A stretch of 64,000 nucleotides of DNA, taken from the NCBI GenBank assembly GCA_963667175.2, contig CAXXXF010000003.1, positions 288,001 to 352,000 of the forward strand, in the 5' to 3' direction. This stretch comes from Candidatus Latescibacterota bacterium (GTDB lineage: Bacteria; Latescibacterota; UBA2968; GCA-2709665). The notes under the pieces are model-generated. The model searched no databases. It saw only the letters and a list, made by a program, of their open reading frames with translations, and was not told where the DNA came from. Every line of letters starts with the position of its first letter. Position 1 is the first letter of the stretch. Positions 1 to 9,127 of the stretch are shown piece by piece. The position numbers and the translations under genes were made by a program.

Positions 1-2
1 CG

Positions 3-3000
3 TTCGCGCAGAACGCGGAGCGGATGACCGCCATGGTACCCGTGTTGGAAAGCGGGTCCGTGCCGGTGCTCGTGGTTGACCCGTCTGGCCGGGAGTCTGA
101 GCCCACGTCGTTTGAGGTGCTGGCGCTCCCCGAGCCGCGGATGAACCCCGAGCAACTGCAACAGGCGGTGTCGGGGGTCGGGGACGGCATCGGAAACGTG
201 CTGGCGCCGTTGACCGCGCCGGACAGTCTGTTCAGCGCGGCGGACGCGGCGATGATCAAGGATGAAATGGATAAGCTGAACGCGGCGTGGGGCATCCTGG
301 GGCAGCGGATCGAGGCGCTGCCGCCGGAGGACGCGGCGCTGTTGACGCATCTTCTGGACAACAGCGGGGCGTTGGGCATTCTGGAGGGTCTGGGAACAAT
401 CGACCTGAGCGCGTCGAAGGCGGTGGGGCCGGGCGCCGCCTTCGGTCATCAGAAGTTATTCCAGGCGGACGTGGTGAGCTTTCTGATGGGGAACGCCAGC
501 GCCGCGACTTCAGTGGCCACGGTGATCGCGGCGGTGGTGCCCGGCGGGCAGGCCCTGGTCCCGATTCTGGCGGCCATCGACGCCGTCAGCGGCGCGACGA
601 AAGCGGTCATCGACGCGATCTTCCCAACGGATCTGGAGAACCTCAGGGTCGAAATATCTCCGACGCCGGTGCCGGTGGAGGGCACGTCCGACGTGTCGTA
701 TTATGGGGACTTTGTCACGGAGAGCGACGCCATCAGCGCGCTGGGGGGAAAATTGCTGGAGGACGCCGTAGAGGAACTGTTGGAAAGCTTCCTCAAGATA
801 CCGAAGGTGTCCGAGGCCGCGGCGGAGGAAATCGTGGGCTTCGTCTCCGGCATCCTGTCGGCTGCGGGTATGAAGGGATTCGATTGGATCACGGGCGGCG
901 CAACGATAAGCCCCGCGCTGAAGGACGTGCCATTGGATATGTCGGTGTATCGACTCAGCGTATTCGATCTCCTGCAGGTCATACCGACGTTGCCTGGCAA
1001 AGAGACGGCGGACGCGATCGAGTATCTGCTGGGAAAGGCCGGGATCGACGTGACGTTCTTCGATCCGGTGGTGGTCGAGAACGAGGCGGTGGCGGCGTAC
1101 GACAGGCTGAATGCTCGGCTGACGGGAAAGAGGTCGGGCGCGACGCGGCTGACGGTTCGGGCAATACGATTTGTGGAGTGGGACTCCTGGTGGAATTGGC
1201 TCGGTGTCTGCAAGTGGGAGACGGTCGGGCCCGTGTATCCGAACGTCAACGTCGGGACGATGGCAACCAGCTCTCCCTTCTATCTGGATGACCAAAACGA
1301 CCGTCCGAGAGGTATCACGTATGCCAACAACCGGTTCTACGTGATTGGTGGCAAGGTCTATGCGTATACGGCTGCGGGTCAGCGTGACGCGGCTTCAGAC
1401 TTCTATATGGATCACGTGTTTCGGCGAGGTATCACGTATGCCGATGACAGATTCTTCGTCTTAGGTCACGATAAGGTCCACGCGTATATGAATTCAGGTC
1501 AGCGTGACGCGGCTTCAGACTTCGATCTGGATGACGACTACGAATCTCTCGAAAAGATCACGTATGCCAACGACCGACTCTACGTCGTTGCTGAGCCCAA
1601 AAAGTTACATACGGAATACGAAAGGAAGTTGTACGCGTACACGGTTTCGGGTCAGCGTGACGCGGCTTCAGACGTCGAACTGCTTAGACCAAATGCTCTC
1701 CCGTTCGGAATTGGGATTACGTATGGCGCCAGTGATACGTACGGTATCACGTACGTCAATAACCGATTCTTTCTCGTACGTCGCGACAAGGTCTACGCGT
1801 ACACGAATTCGGGTCAACGTGACGCGGCTTCAGACTTCGATCTGGATTTCCGGATCACCCATTTTGTTTCCGCCGTATATCCGCGAGGGATCACGTCTGC
1901 GAACAACCGATTCTATGTCCTCGAAGACTCCACCCATATCGATGCAGACCCCAATGACAGGGTCGGCGTATACGAGTATTCCGGCCGGTTTCGTCCGAGT
2001 CCCGACCTGATTGTGAATACGTCCGTCAGAGAAAAGGCCCTGGCGCCAGGGCAATCCTTCACACTCTCGGCAACTGTGAAGAACGTCGGGGACGCGCAAG
2101 CGTCTTCCACAACGTTGCGCTACGTTCGTTCCGATGATTGGTCTATTTCCCAGGACGACACGCAGGGTGGCTCGGCCGCCGTAGGCGTTCTCGATCCATT
2201 GGACACGAGCCCCGTGAACGTCACCCTGACTGCGCCGTCGACAGCGGGAACGTATTATTACTGGGCGCATGCAGACGTGTTGGAACAGGAAGAAATCGAG
2301 TACAACAATTACTCGGAGGTCGCGCAGGTCTCCGTTTACGATGTTGGCACGCCCACGAGCACGGACTTTGAACTGGCGAACAACAACAGTCCCTCCAGTA
2401 TCACGTATGCCAACGACCGATTTTACGTCGCAGATTTGGAGGATGGGAAGATTTACGCGTACACGGTTTCGGGTCAGCGTGATACGGCTGCAGACTTCAA
2501 GTTGGAGCCGCACGTCGTGCCGCTTGGTATCACGTACGCCAATAGGCGATTCTACGTCGCGGATGTCTCCGGAGGCAAGGTCTACGCGTACACGGTTTCG
2601 GGTCAGCGTGACGCGTCTGCAGACTTCGCGGTGAGTGACAGTGCGCTCACCGGGATTACGTATGCCAACGACCGATTCTTTGTCGTTCATGCCTCGGATG
2701 ATAAGGTCTATGCGTACACGGGATCGGGGCAGCGTGACGCGGATTCAGACTTCGAGCTGGATGGCGACTTTTCGCCGTTTGGTCTCACGTATGCCAACGA
2801 TCGATTCTATGTCGCAAAAAAGCGGTGGGACAGTCGTCGTGGGAATGTGACGGTCTATGCGTACACGAGTTCGGGGCAACGTGACCCGGATTCAGACTTC
2901 ACGCCGAGGCATTGGAGTATTTCCCCTTTTCTTGGAGGTCTCACGTATGCCAATGGCCGATTCTACGTCATCACGACCATCGACAGGTATGGGCGTGGCT

Positions 3001-3404
3001 CTAGAGATTTTTCGGGAGCCGGCAGTTGGAGTGCCGAAGTGTTCGGAACTTCAGGAGGTTCGTTCTTTCTGGATATTAACGATGATCCAGTGAGTATCGC
3101 GTATGGCAACAATCGATTCAACGTCTTAGAATCCGTAGGAAAAGTCTATACGTACAAGAGTTCGGGGCAGCGTGACCCGGATTCAGATTTCGAGTTGATC
3201 GATAGCCATTCGGGCATGACGCATGCCAACAATCGATTCTACGTCGTCACCCGTGACGACAGGGGCCGCGGTTTTGCGTACGTATACACGAGTTCGGGCG
3301 AGCGTGACGAGGCTTCAGATTTCAAACTGTCTCATGGCGGGTTTTCTAGTATCACGTATGCTAGTATCACGTATGCCGACAACCGATTCTACGTCGTCGG
3401 TTAG
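3..3404 (+). CDS. Large modular secreted protein, 5'-truncated by the window: IPT/TIG-like, helical region, NHL/YWTD-like propeller repeats, CARDB-like Ig domain. Frame continues past a TAG to 3788
   Basis: Open frame from position 3. N-terminus nearly identical to residues ~140-270 of the 4272-8771 paralog. Many GITYANNRFYV...KVYAYTxSGQRDAASDF repeats. PDL...FTLSATVKNVG...GTYYY CARDB-like motif. Confidence 0.8.
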   Translation, partial: FAQNAERMTAMVPVLESGSVPVLVVDPSGRESEPTSFEVLALPEPRMNPEQLQQAVSGVGDGIGNVLAPLTAPDSLFSAADAAMIKDEMDKLNAAWGILGQRIEALPPEDAALLTHLLDNSGALGILEGLGTIDLSASKAVGPGAAFGHQKLFQADVVSFLMGNASAATSVATVIAAVVPGGQALVPILAAIDAVSGATKAVIDAIFPTDLENLRVEISPTPVPVEGTSDVSYYGDFVTESDAISALGGKLLEDAVEELLESFLKIPKVSEAAAEEIVGFVSGILSAAGMKGFDWITGGATISPALKDVPLDMSVYRLSVFDLLQVIPTLPGKETADAIEYLLGKAGIDVTFFDPVVVENEAVAAYDRLNARLTGKRSGATRLTVRAIRFVEWDSWWNWLGVCKWETVGPVYPNVNVGTMATSSPFYLDDQNDRPRGITYANNRFYVIGGKVYAYTAAGQRDAASDFYMDHVFRRGITYADDRFFVLGHDKVHAYMNSGQRDAASDFDLDDDYESLEKITYANDRLYVVAEPKKLHTEYERKLYAYTVSGQRDAASDVELLRPNALPFGIGITYGASDTYGITYVNNRFFLVRRDKVYAYTNSGQRDAASDFDLDFRITHFVSAVYPRGITSANNRFYVLEDSTHIDADPNDRVGVYEYSGRFRPSPDLIVNTSVREKALAPGQSFTLSATVKNVGDAQASSTTLRYVRSDDWSISQDDTQGGSAAVGVLDPLDTSPVNVTLTAPSTAGTYYYWAHADVLEQEEIEYNNYSEVAQVSVYDVGTPTSTDFELANNNSPSSITYANDRFYVADLEDGKIYAYTVSGQRDTAADFKLEPHVVPLGITYANRRFYVADVSGGKVYAYTVSGQRDASADFAVSDSALTGITYANDRFFVVHASDDKVYAYTGSGQRDADSDFELDGDFSPFGLTYANDRFYVAKKRWDSRRGNVTVYAYTSSGQRDPDSDFTPRHWSISPFLGGLTYANGRFYVITTIDRYGRGSRDFSGAGSWSAEVFGTSGGSFFLDINDDPVSIAYGNNRFNVLESVGKVYTYKSSGQRDPDSDFELIDSHSGMTHANNRFYVVTRDDRGRGFAYVYTSSGERDEASDFKLSHGGFSSITYASITYADNRFYVVG

Positions 3405-3788
3405 CCTGATTCGGATGGCAACAGACGGTATGGTACGTATACGCGTTCCGGAGAGGTTCTTGAAGTGGATCCGGACACCGATCTGGCAAGAAAGATGGCC
3501 CGCATTTCGGGGAGAATCGCTTATGGAAACAACCGATTCTACGTTGCGGATGCCGCCGGAGGCAAGATCTACGCGTACGCGAGTTCTGGTGAGCGTGACG
3601 AGGCTTCAGACATCGATGTGATTGGTACTCCTTCCTGCATGACGTATGCCAACAACCGACTATACGTTGTCGTTTCGCGTACTCGTCAACGTCGCCTTCC
3701 TCAACTTGCTCCCGGCGATGGTTTCCCTCAACTCAGCGCAGATTATCGCTATGATGTCGTCGAGGTGCACACGCTTTCCGGGAAGTAG
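3405..3788 (+). pseudogene. In-frame C-terminal continuation of the preceding gene beyond an amber stop (about two more propeller repeats)
   Basis: Same frame as 24..3404. Encodes PDSDGNRRYGTYTRSGE...IAYGNNRFYVADAAGGKIYAYASSGERDEASD, the same repeat family. Confidence 0.7.
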
Positions 3789-3827
3789 CCTCGAAGCGGG
3801 GGAACCCTCGCCGCCCAACACCCCGGA

Positions 3828-4044
3828 GGGGAAAGGCAGTGGTTAGTGGCCAGTGGTCAGTAAAAGGCGGTGATCAGCTTGAAGCAAAAGCGAACCACCC
3901 ATCCGCCCCGCAGACCTCTCCCCCCAACCCCCTCTCCCAGGGGGAGAGGGAGCAGAACCGGGCGTATATCAAGCGATGACAGTTCCCCCCTTCCCCCCGG
4001 GAAGGGGGAAAGGGGGTAGGTCTGGGAGGCGGTGAGAGGGGGAG
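3828..4044. repeat. Composite intergenic repeat, copy 1 (heptamer tract + C/G-rich hairpins)
   Basis: Shares ggggaaaggcagtgg, gaagcaaaagcgaaccaccc..ccgccccgcagacctctccccc and gacagttccccccttccccccgggaaggggga..taggtctgggaggcg with 8797-9060. Confidence 0.8.
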
Positions 4045-4067
4045 AAAACCGGGGCGAGGGTATCGAC

Positions 4068-4137
4068 TATCACTCCCCCCTTGGGGGGGAGTCGGCAAGG
4101 CAAGGGCGCCAGCCCGAAGGCGCGCCGGTGGGGGGCG
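4068..4137. repeat. REP-like palindromic element (cactccccccttgggggggagtc...)
   Basis: Hairpin actccccc-tt-gggggagt followed by a GC-rich arm; intergenic. Confidence 0.5.
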
Positions 4138-4271
4138 TTTCCGCAACCATCCATATAAATTCCGTTTTTTGAATGAGCGTAGCGTTACGCAGGCCGTAGT
4201 CGACAACTGTCGCAAAATGCATCACCTGATCTCGCACGTAAATCGCAGCGCATACAACAGGAGATCTCGTC

Positions 4272-7200
4272 ATGAACAAGAAGGCAGGATTTGTCATCGG
4301 GTTGCTGATAACGATGGGCGTTGTCTTCGCGGGCGCCGGGTCCGTTTCCGCGCAGACCGCTACGGACGCGGATTTTGACGACAGCGGCGACGTCGGGTTT
4401 GGGGACTTCGTGCTGTTTGCCGCGAAGTTCGGGCTGAGCCAGGGCGACGCCAATTACGACGCCAGATTCGACCTCGACGACAGCGGCGACGTGGGGTTCG
4501 CGGACTTTGTCGCGTTCGCGCGGTTATTCGGCGAGACCGTGCCCCTGCCCCCGCTGGCGCTGACCGGGATCGCGCCTGCGGAAGGGATGCCCGGAACGCT
4601 GATCGAACTTGTGGGGCAATTTGACGCCGATACGGCGTATCAGGTAAAATTCGGGACGGTCTTGTTGCCGGTGGACGCGCAAGACGCGGAGCGGATGACC
4701 GCCATGGTACCCGTGTTGGAAAGCGGGTCCGTGCAAGTGCGCGTGGTCGAGGCGTCGGGCCGGGAATCCGAGCCGACGTCGTTTCGGGTGCTGGCCCTGC
4801 CGGCGCCGCGGATGAACGCCGAGCAGTTGCGGCAGACCGTTGCGGACGTGGGGAAAGGCATCGGGAACGCGTTTGTGCCGTTGACGGGCGCCGGCGAGGT
4901 TTTCAACGCGGCGGACGCGGCGCTGTTCAACCGGGAGATGGGCAAGCTGAACGCGACGTGGGGCGTCATCGGGGAGCGGATCGCGGCGCTGCCGCCGGAG
5001 GAGGCGGCTTTGTTGTCGAACCTTCTGGACAACAGCGGCGCCCTGGGGATTCTGGAGGGCCTGGGAAAAATCGACCTGAGCGCGTCGAAGGTGGCAGCGG
5101 ACGCCGACGTTCTGTTGCATCACCTGTTTTATCAGCTGGATCTGATCAGCTTTGCGCTGGGCAACGTCACGGCCGTCCTTGACGTGGTGACCGTCGTCAG
5201 CGCGGTTGCCGCCGTGACCGGGGTCGGGACGCTTGTGTCGGGTCTGTCGGCGGTCACCAGCATCACCCTCTCTTTGACGCAAGTTGCGATAAACTCGTTC
5301 ATTCCAACGGACTTGAAAGAGCTTGAGGTGGAAATAGCGCAGACCCCGGTGCCGGAGAGGGGCCGGTCCGACGTCGCGTTTTTCGGGGTCTTCAAGACGG
5401 AGAATGACGCGGGGGTGGGCGGGGTGGCGAGCGTGACGTTAAATGCGGCCATCAGCAAACTATTGGAAAAGTACATCAAGTCGGAGGAGATGGCGGATGA
5501 GGCGGCGCATGCCATTGAAAATTACGTCAGAGGCGTCTACTCGCAGGTCTTTGGGGATGCGGTAGGTAGTCTCGTGAAGATTGAGTTGTCGGATCTGGAT
5601 TCCGAGCTTCGCGTGCGGTTGGATATGGGGATCTACCGCAAAGGTCTGTTGGACACCATCTTTGATGTCGTGCCGGTGATCGGGACCGCAATAGGCTCGT
5701 TGCTGGAAAAGCTCGGCATTGACCCGACGTATCATGAACCGGTGACGGTTCAGGATACGGACGTGGCGACGTATCAACCGAGGACGGATCAACTTGAGGG
5801 GATCAAAGCGGGCAAGACACTGCTGACGGTGCGGGCGTACCGGTTCGAGGAGTACGCGATTACCGTTGTTATTCCCTTTACGGATCACACGGTTACGTTG
5901 GCCAGTATCTGGAAACCGGCGGGGGTGGCGACGCAGGCGCCGTTTGAAGTGACCCGATCGTTCAACTTTCAGGGGATCGCCCATGATGATAGGGACGGCG
6001 ATTTCTATACGCTTCACGCGGCCGAAGGGCGTGGCGGCGGCGTCTGGGGCGCGCACAAGAAGCCGGATGGTTCCTGGGAGTATAACGAGCTTTTCAACCT
6101 GTCAACCGTTGGACATTTAACCGGATCTCAGAGGGAGCAGGACAGGCGTGTTTCGTTGCCGCTTGGCATCACGTTCGGCAGCACGGGTCAGTCTAACCGG
6201 CAGCTGTACGTGGTTGGGATGGAGACCGTCGGGGAAGGGGAGGCCGCGAAATACGTCGCGGCGCTGTTTAATTATATGAGCACCAGGGATAACCCCAGTG
6301 ACAAGTGGGGCGAATGGCAGCAGAGAGCCGTCTATACGCTGCCCGGTGAAAACGTCGCGCCGTTTGGCGTCGCCTTTGTCAACGGCCACTTTCACGTGGT
6401 GGACGCGGAGGCATTGCGGGTCTACGCGTATACCGCGTCCGGTTCGGGCTTGAACCTGCAGCGTGACAGGACCTTCAATCTGGTTTCGGACAATGGTTTT
6501 CCCGGAGGCATCACGTACGCCGACGGGCGCTTCTACGTGGTGGACCTGGAGGACGAAAGGATCTACGCGTACGCGCGCTCCGGAGATTCGTGGGCGCATG
6601 ACGCCTTGTCAGATTTCAAACTGGACAACGACAACAGCCATCCGAGCGGTATCACGGTTGCCAACGGCCTGCTCCACGTGGTCAACTCGGGCGACGGGAA
6701 GATCCACGAGTACGGACCGAATCCGGTTGTGGAATCGCTTGCGGCCGACGACAGCACCCTGACCACGGGAAGGACGCTCACGCTGCGGGCCGTGATTCGC
6801 AACCGGGGCATTGCGGCGGGGCCTTCGGGCACGTTGCGGGTTTACCGACGCACCCATACACGAATGGCGGGTACCGAGTGGTGGAATCCTGGACGTGCGA
6901 TGGAAATCGCCACGAACGACTTCAACGGTCTCAAGCCGGGAGAAGCAAGGGCCCAAACGATCGACCTGGGGGCGCCGAAAGAAGGGAGGTACGATTACTA
7001 CGCGTGCGTGACGGACGACGAAGGCGCGGATCGCAATTGCTCGAAGGAGGTGGGCGTGTCGGTTGTGTTCGGCGGCGCGCCGGCGCCCGAGGGCGTTGCG
7101 GTCTATCGTCTGGACCCTGACAACGGTCTTCCGGCGGGTGTCACCTCTGCCGAGGGCGAATTCTACGTGGTGGACGCGGATTCCACGGTCTACGCGTATG

Positions 7201-8771
7201 ACTCCAGCTGGAACCGGGCTTCGAGTTCAGACTTCAAACTGACCGCCGCCAACGGTTTCCCGGAAGGGATCGCCGCTGCCGCCGGCCGATTCTACGTGGT
7301 TGACCGGGGCAGTCCTCGCGTTGCAAACAACAAGGTCTTCGTGTATGCCGGTTCCGGAACGTCGGCGTCTCAGGGCTTTTCGTTGCGGACGGGCGCCCCG
7401 CCGCGGGGTGTGGTCTATGCCGATGGGCGGTTCCGCGTGGTTCATTCGGACCGGAGAGCGCTCGTCTCCGCTTTTGCGTACGATTCCGGCGGGTTTCGGA
7501 ACCTGTCCGATGAATTCCCGCTCGAAGAAGACAACGACGCTCCGGCGGGCATCGCCTACGCCGACGGCCTCTTCTTCGTGGTTGACAGCGAGTTTGAGAA
7601 AGTCTACGCGTACGACGGTTCCGGGATGCACAAGCCGACGCTGGACTTCGCGCTGCATTCCTCGAATGCCGACCCGTCCGGTATCGCGTACGCCAACAAC
7701 CGGTTCTACGTGGTCGACGCGAGGGACTCGCTGGTCTACAGGTATCCGAAGCCCGAAAAGCCGGACCTGACTGTGGAATCGCTCGTAGCCAGCGCCGACA
7801 CGCTGGCCCCGGGGGAGGCCTTCACGCTGATCGCGACGGTGAAGAACGTCGGAAACGCGGCCTCGGACGCGACGACGCTGCGCGGTTCCGCTGGCGGCGG
7901 GGAATTCGTGGTCGAGTCGATACGCAGACTGACCAACCGCAGTTATGGCGAAATCGACCCCGCGTGGTCTCCCGATGGTCGGCACATCGCCTTCGCATAC
8001 GAACCGGCCGACGGCAGCATTTCCTCGAACCGCCACAAACTCTACGTGATGGAATCGGACGGAAGCAATCCACGCATCCTGACAAACGACCCTGCGGGGT
8101 CCATCCAACCCGCGTGGTCGCCCGATGGCCGGCGCATCGCCTTCGCATCCAATCGCGACGGCAACTGGGATATCTACGTGATGGAATCGGACGGAAGCAA
8201 TCCACGAAACCTCACAAACTACGTTGCCGGACGCGAAGAGTACCCCGCGTGGTCTCCCGATGGCCGGCACATCGCCTTCGCATCCAATCGCGACGACAAC
8301 AATGATATCTACGTGATGGAATCGGACGGAAGCAATCCACGAAACCTCACAAACAACGCGAACGCTACCGGAGACTCCCGTTCGTATATACCCGCGTGGT
8401 CTCCCGATGGCCGGCACATCGCCTTCGAATCCTGGCGCGACGGCAACTATGATATCTACGTGATGGAATCGGACGGAAGCAATCCACGAAACCTCACAAA
8501 CGACCGCAGTGCGGGGTACCGGGACCCCGCGTGGTCGCCCGATGGCCGGCACATTGCCTTCGTATCCTATAGCGACGCCTACGGCTTTGATATCTCCGTG
8601 ATGGGATCGGATGGAAGCAATCCACGCAACCTGACAAACACAAACAGCTGGACCGAAATCGAAGTGTCGCCCACGTGGTCTCCCGATGGCCGGCACATCG
8701 CCTTCGACAAACGGAGCAACGGCTCTGCTTCCGCTATCTACGTGATCACGTTTCAGCGCGGCGGGCAATAG
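4272..8771 (+). CDS. Large secreted multidomain protein: signal peptide, dockerin/EF-hand-like pair, IPT/TIG, helical region, propeller repeats, CARDB-like domains, C-terminal 6x PD40 (TolB-like) propeller
   Basis: RBS aggag before ATG. MNKKAGFVIGLLITMGVVFAGAGSVSA signal peptide. DFDDSGDVGFGDF and DLDDSGDVGFADF motifs. Six P[AT]WSPDGR repeats. Confidence 0.88.
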   Translation: MNKKAGFVIGLLITMGVVFAGAGSVSAQTATDADFDDSGDVGFGDFVLFAAKFGLSQGDANYDARFDLDDSGDVGFADFVAFARLFGETVPLPPLALTGIAPAEGMPGTLIELVGQFDADTAYQVKFGTVLLPVDAQDAERMTAMVPVLESGSVQVRVVEASGRESEPTSFRVLALPAPRMNAEQLRQTVADVGKGIGNAFVPLTGAGEVFNAADAALFNREMGKLNATWGVIGERIAALPPEEAALLSNLLDNSGALGILEGLGKIDLSASKVAADADVLLHHLFYQLDLISFALGNVTAVLDVVTVVSAVAAVTGVGTLVSGLSAVTSITLSLTQVAINSFIPTDLKELEVEIAQTPVPERGRSDVAFFGVFKTENDAGVGGVASVTLNAAISKLLEKYIKSEEMADEAAHAIENYVRGVYSQVFGDAVGSLVKIELSDLDSELRVRLDMGIYRKGLLDTIFDVVPVIGTAIGSLLEKLGIDPTYHEPVTVQDTDVATYQPRTDQLEGIKAGKTLLTVRAYRFEEYAITVVIPFTDHTVTLASIWKPAGVATQAPFEVTRSFNFQGIAHDDRDGDFYTLHAAEGRGGGVWGAHKKPDGSWEYNELFNLSTVGHLTGSQREQDRRVSLPLGITFGSTGQSNRQLYVVGMETVGEGEAAKYVAALFNYMSTRDNPSDKWGEWQQRAVYTLPGENVAPFGVAFVNGHFHVVDAEALRVYAYTASGSGLNLQRDRTFNLVSDNGFPGGITYADGRFYVVDLEDERIYAYARSGDSWAHDALSDFKLDNDNSHPSGITVANGLLHVVNSGDGKIHEYGPNPVVESLAADDSTLTTGRTLTLRAVIRNRGIAAGPSGTLRVYRRTHTRMAGTEWWNPGRAMEIATNDFNGLKPGEARAQTIDLGAPKEGRYDYYACVTDDEGADRNCSKEVGVSVVFGGAPAPEGVAVYRLDPDNGLPAGVTSAEGEFYVVDADSTVYAYDSSWNRASSSDFKLTAANGFPEGIAAAAGRFYVVDRGSPRVANNKVFVYAGSGTSASQGFSLRTGAPPRGVVYADGRFRVVHSDRRALVSAFAYDSGGFRNLSDEFPLEEDNDAPAGIAYADGLFFVVDSEFEKVYAYDGSGMHKPTLDFALHSSNADPSGIAYANNRFYVVDARDSLVYRYPKPEKPDLTVESLVASADTLAPGEAFTLIATVKNVGNAASDATTLRGSAGGGEFVVESIRRLTNRSYGEIDPAWSPDGRHIAFAYEPADGSISSNRHKLYVMESDGSNPRILTNDPAGSIQPAWSPDGRRIAFASNRDGNWDIYVMESDGSNPRNLTNYVAGREEYPAWSPDGRHIAFASNRDDNNDIYVMESDGSNPRNLTNNANATGDSRSYIPAWSPDGRHIAFESWRDGNYDIYVMESDGSNPRNLTNDRSAGYRDPAWSPDGRHIAFVSYSDAYGFDISVMGSDGSNPRNLTNTNSWTEIEVSPTWSPDGRHIAFDKRSNGSASAIYVITFQRGGQ

Positions 8772-8796
8772 CCGCGAAGCAGGGTGAAAATCATCC

Positions 8797-9060
8797 GGGG
8801 AAAGGCAGTGGTCAGAAAAAGCAGCAATCAGCGGTCAGCATTCAGCCATCAGTTTGAAGCAAAAGCGAACCACCCACCCGCCCCGCAGACCTCTCCCCCC
8901 GTCCCCCTCTCCCAGGGGGAGACGGGGAGAACAGCAGGCGTTTCGCCATCAAGAGACTTCGCCTGTGGTTTGTGCATCAATCGAAGCGCGTTCGGCTGGC
9001 GACAGTTCCCCCCTTCCCCCCGGGAAGGGGGATAGGTCTGGGAGGCGTTGAGACGGGAGA
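8797..9060. repeat. Composite intergenic repeat, copy 2
   Basis: Degenerate duplicate of 3828-4044, with a cagcaat/cagcggt/cagcatt/cagccat heptamer tract. Confidence 0.8.
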
Positions 9061-9127
9061 GGACTGCACCGCTGAGATCGGATAACGAAATGGCATGGCG
9101 ATGTCAATTTATGGAGACAATAACGCA

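Noticed and set aside
1300-3700. Regularly recurring DNA repeats (gggtcagcgtgacgcggcttcagacttc) that could look like a CRISPR array or DGR template/variable repeats
   Set aside because: They lie in frame within a protein and encode propeller blades. Spacing and sequence are degenerate, no adenine-specific pattern is evident, and no cas or reverse transcriptase gene is in the window.
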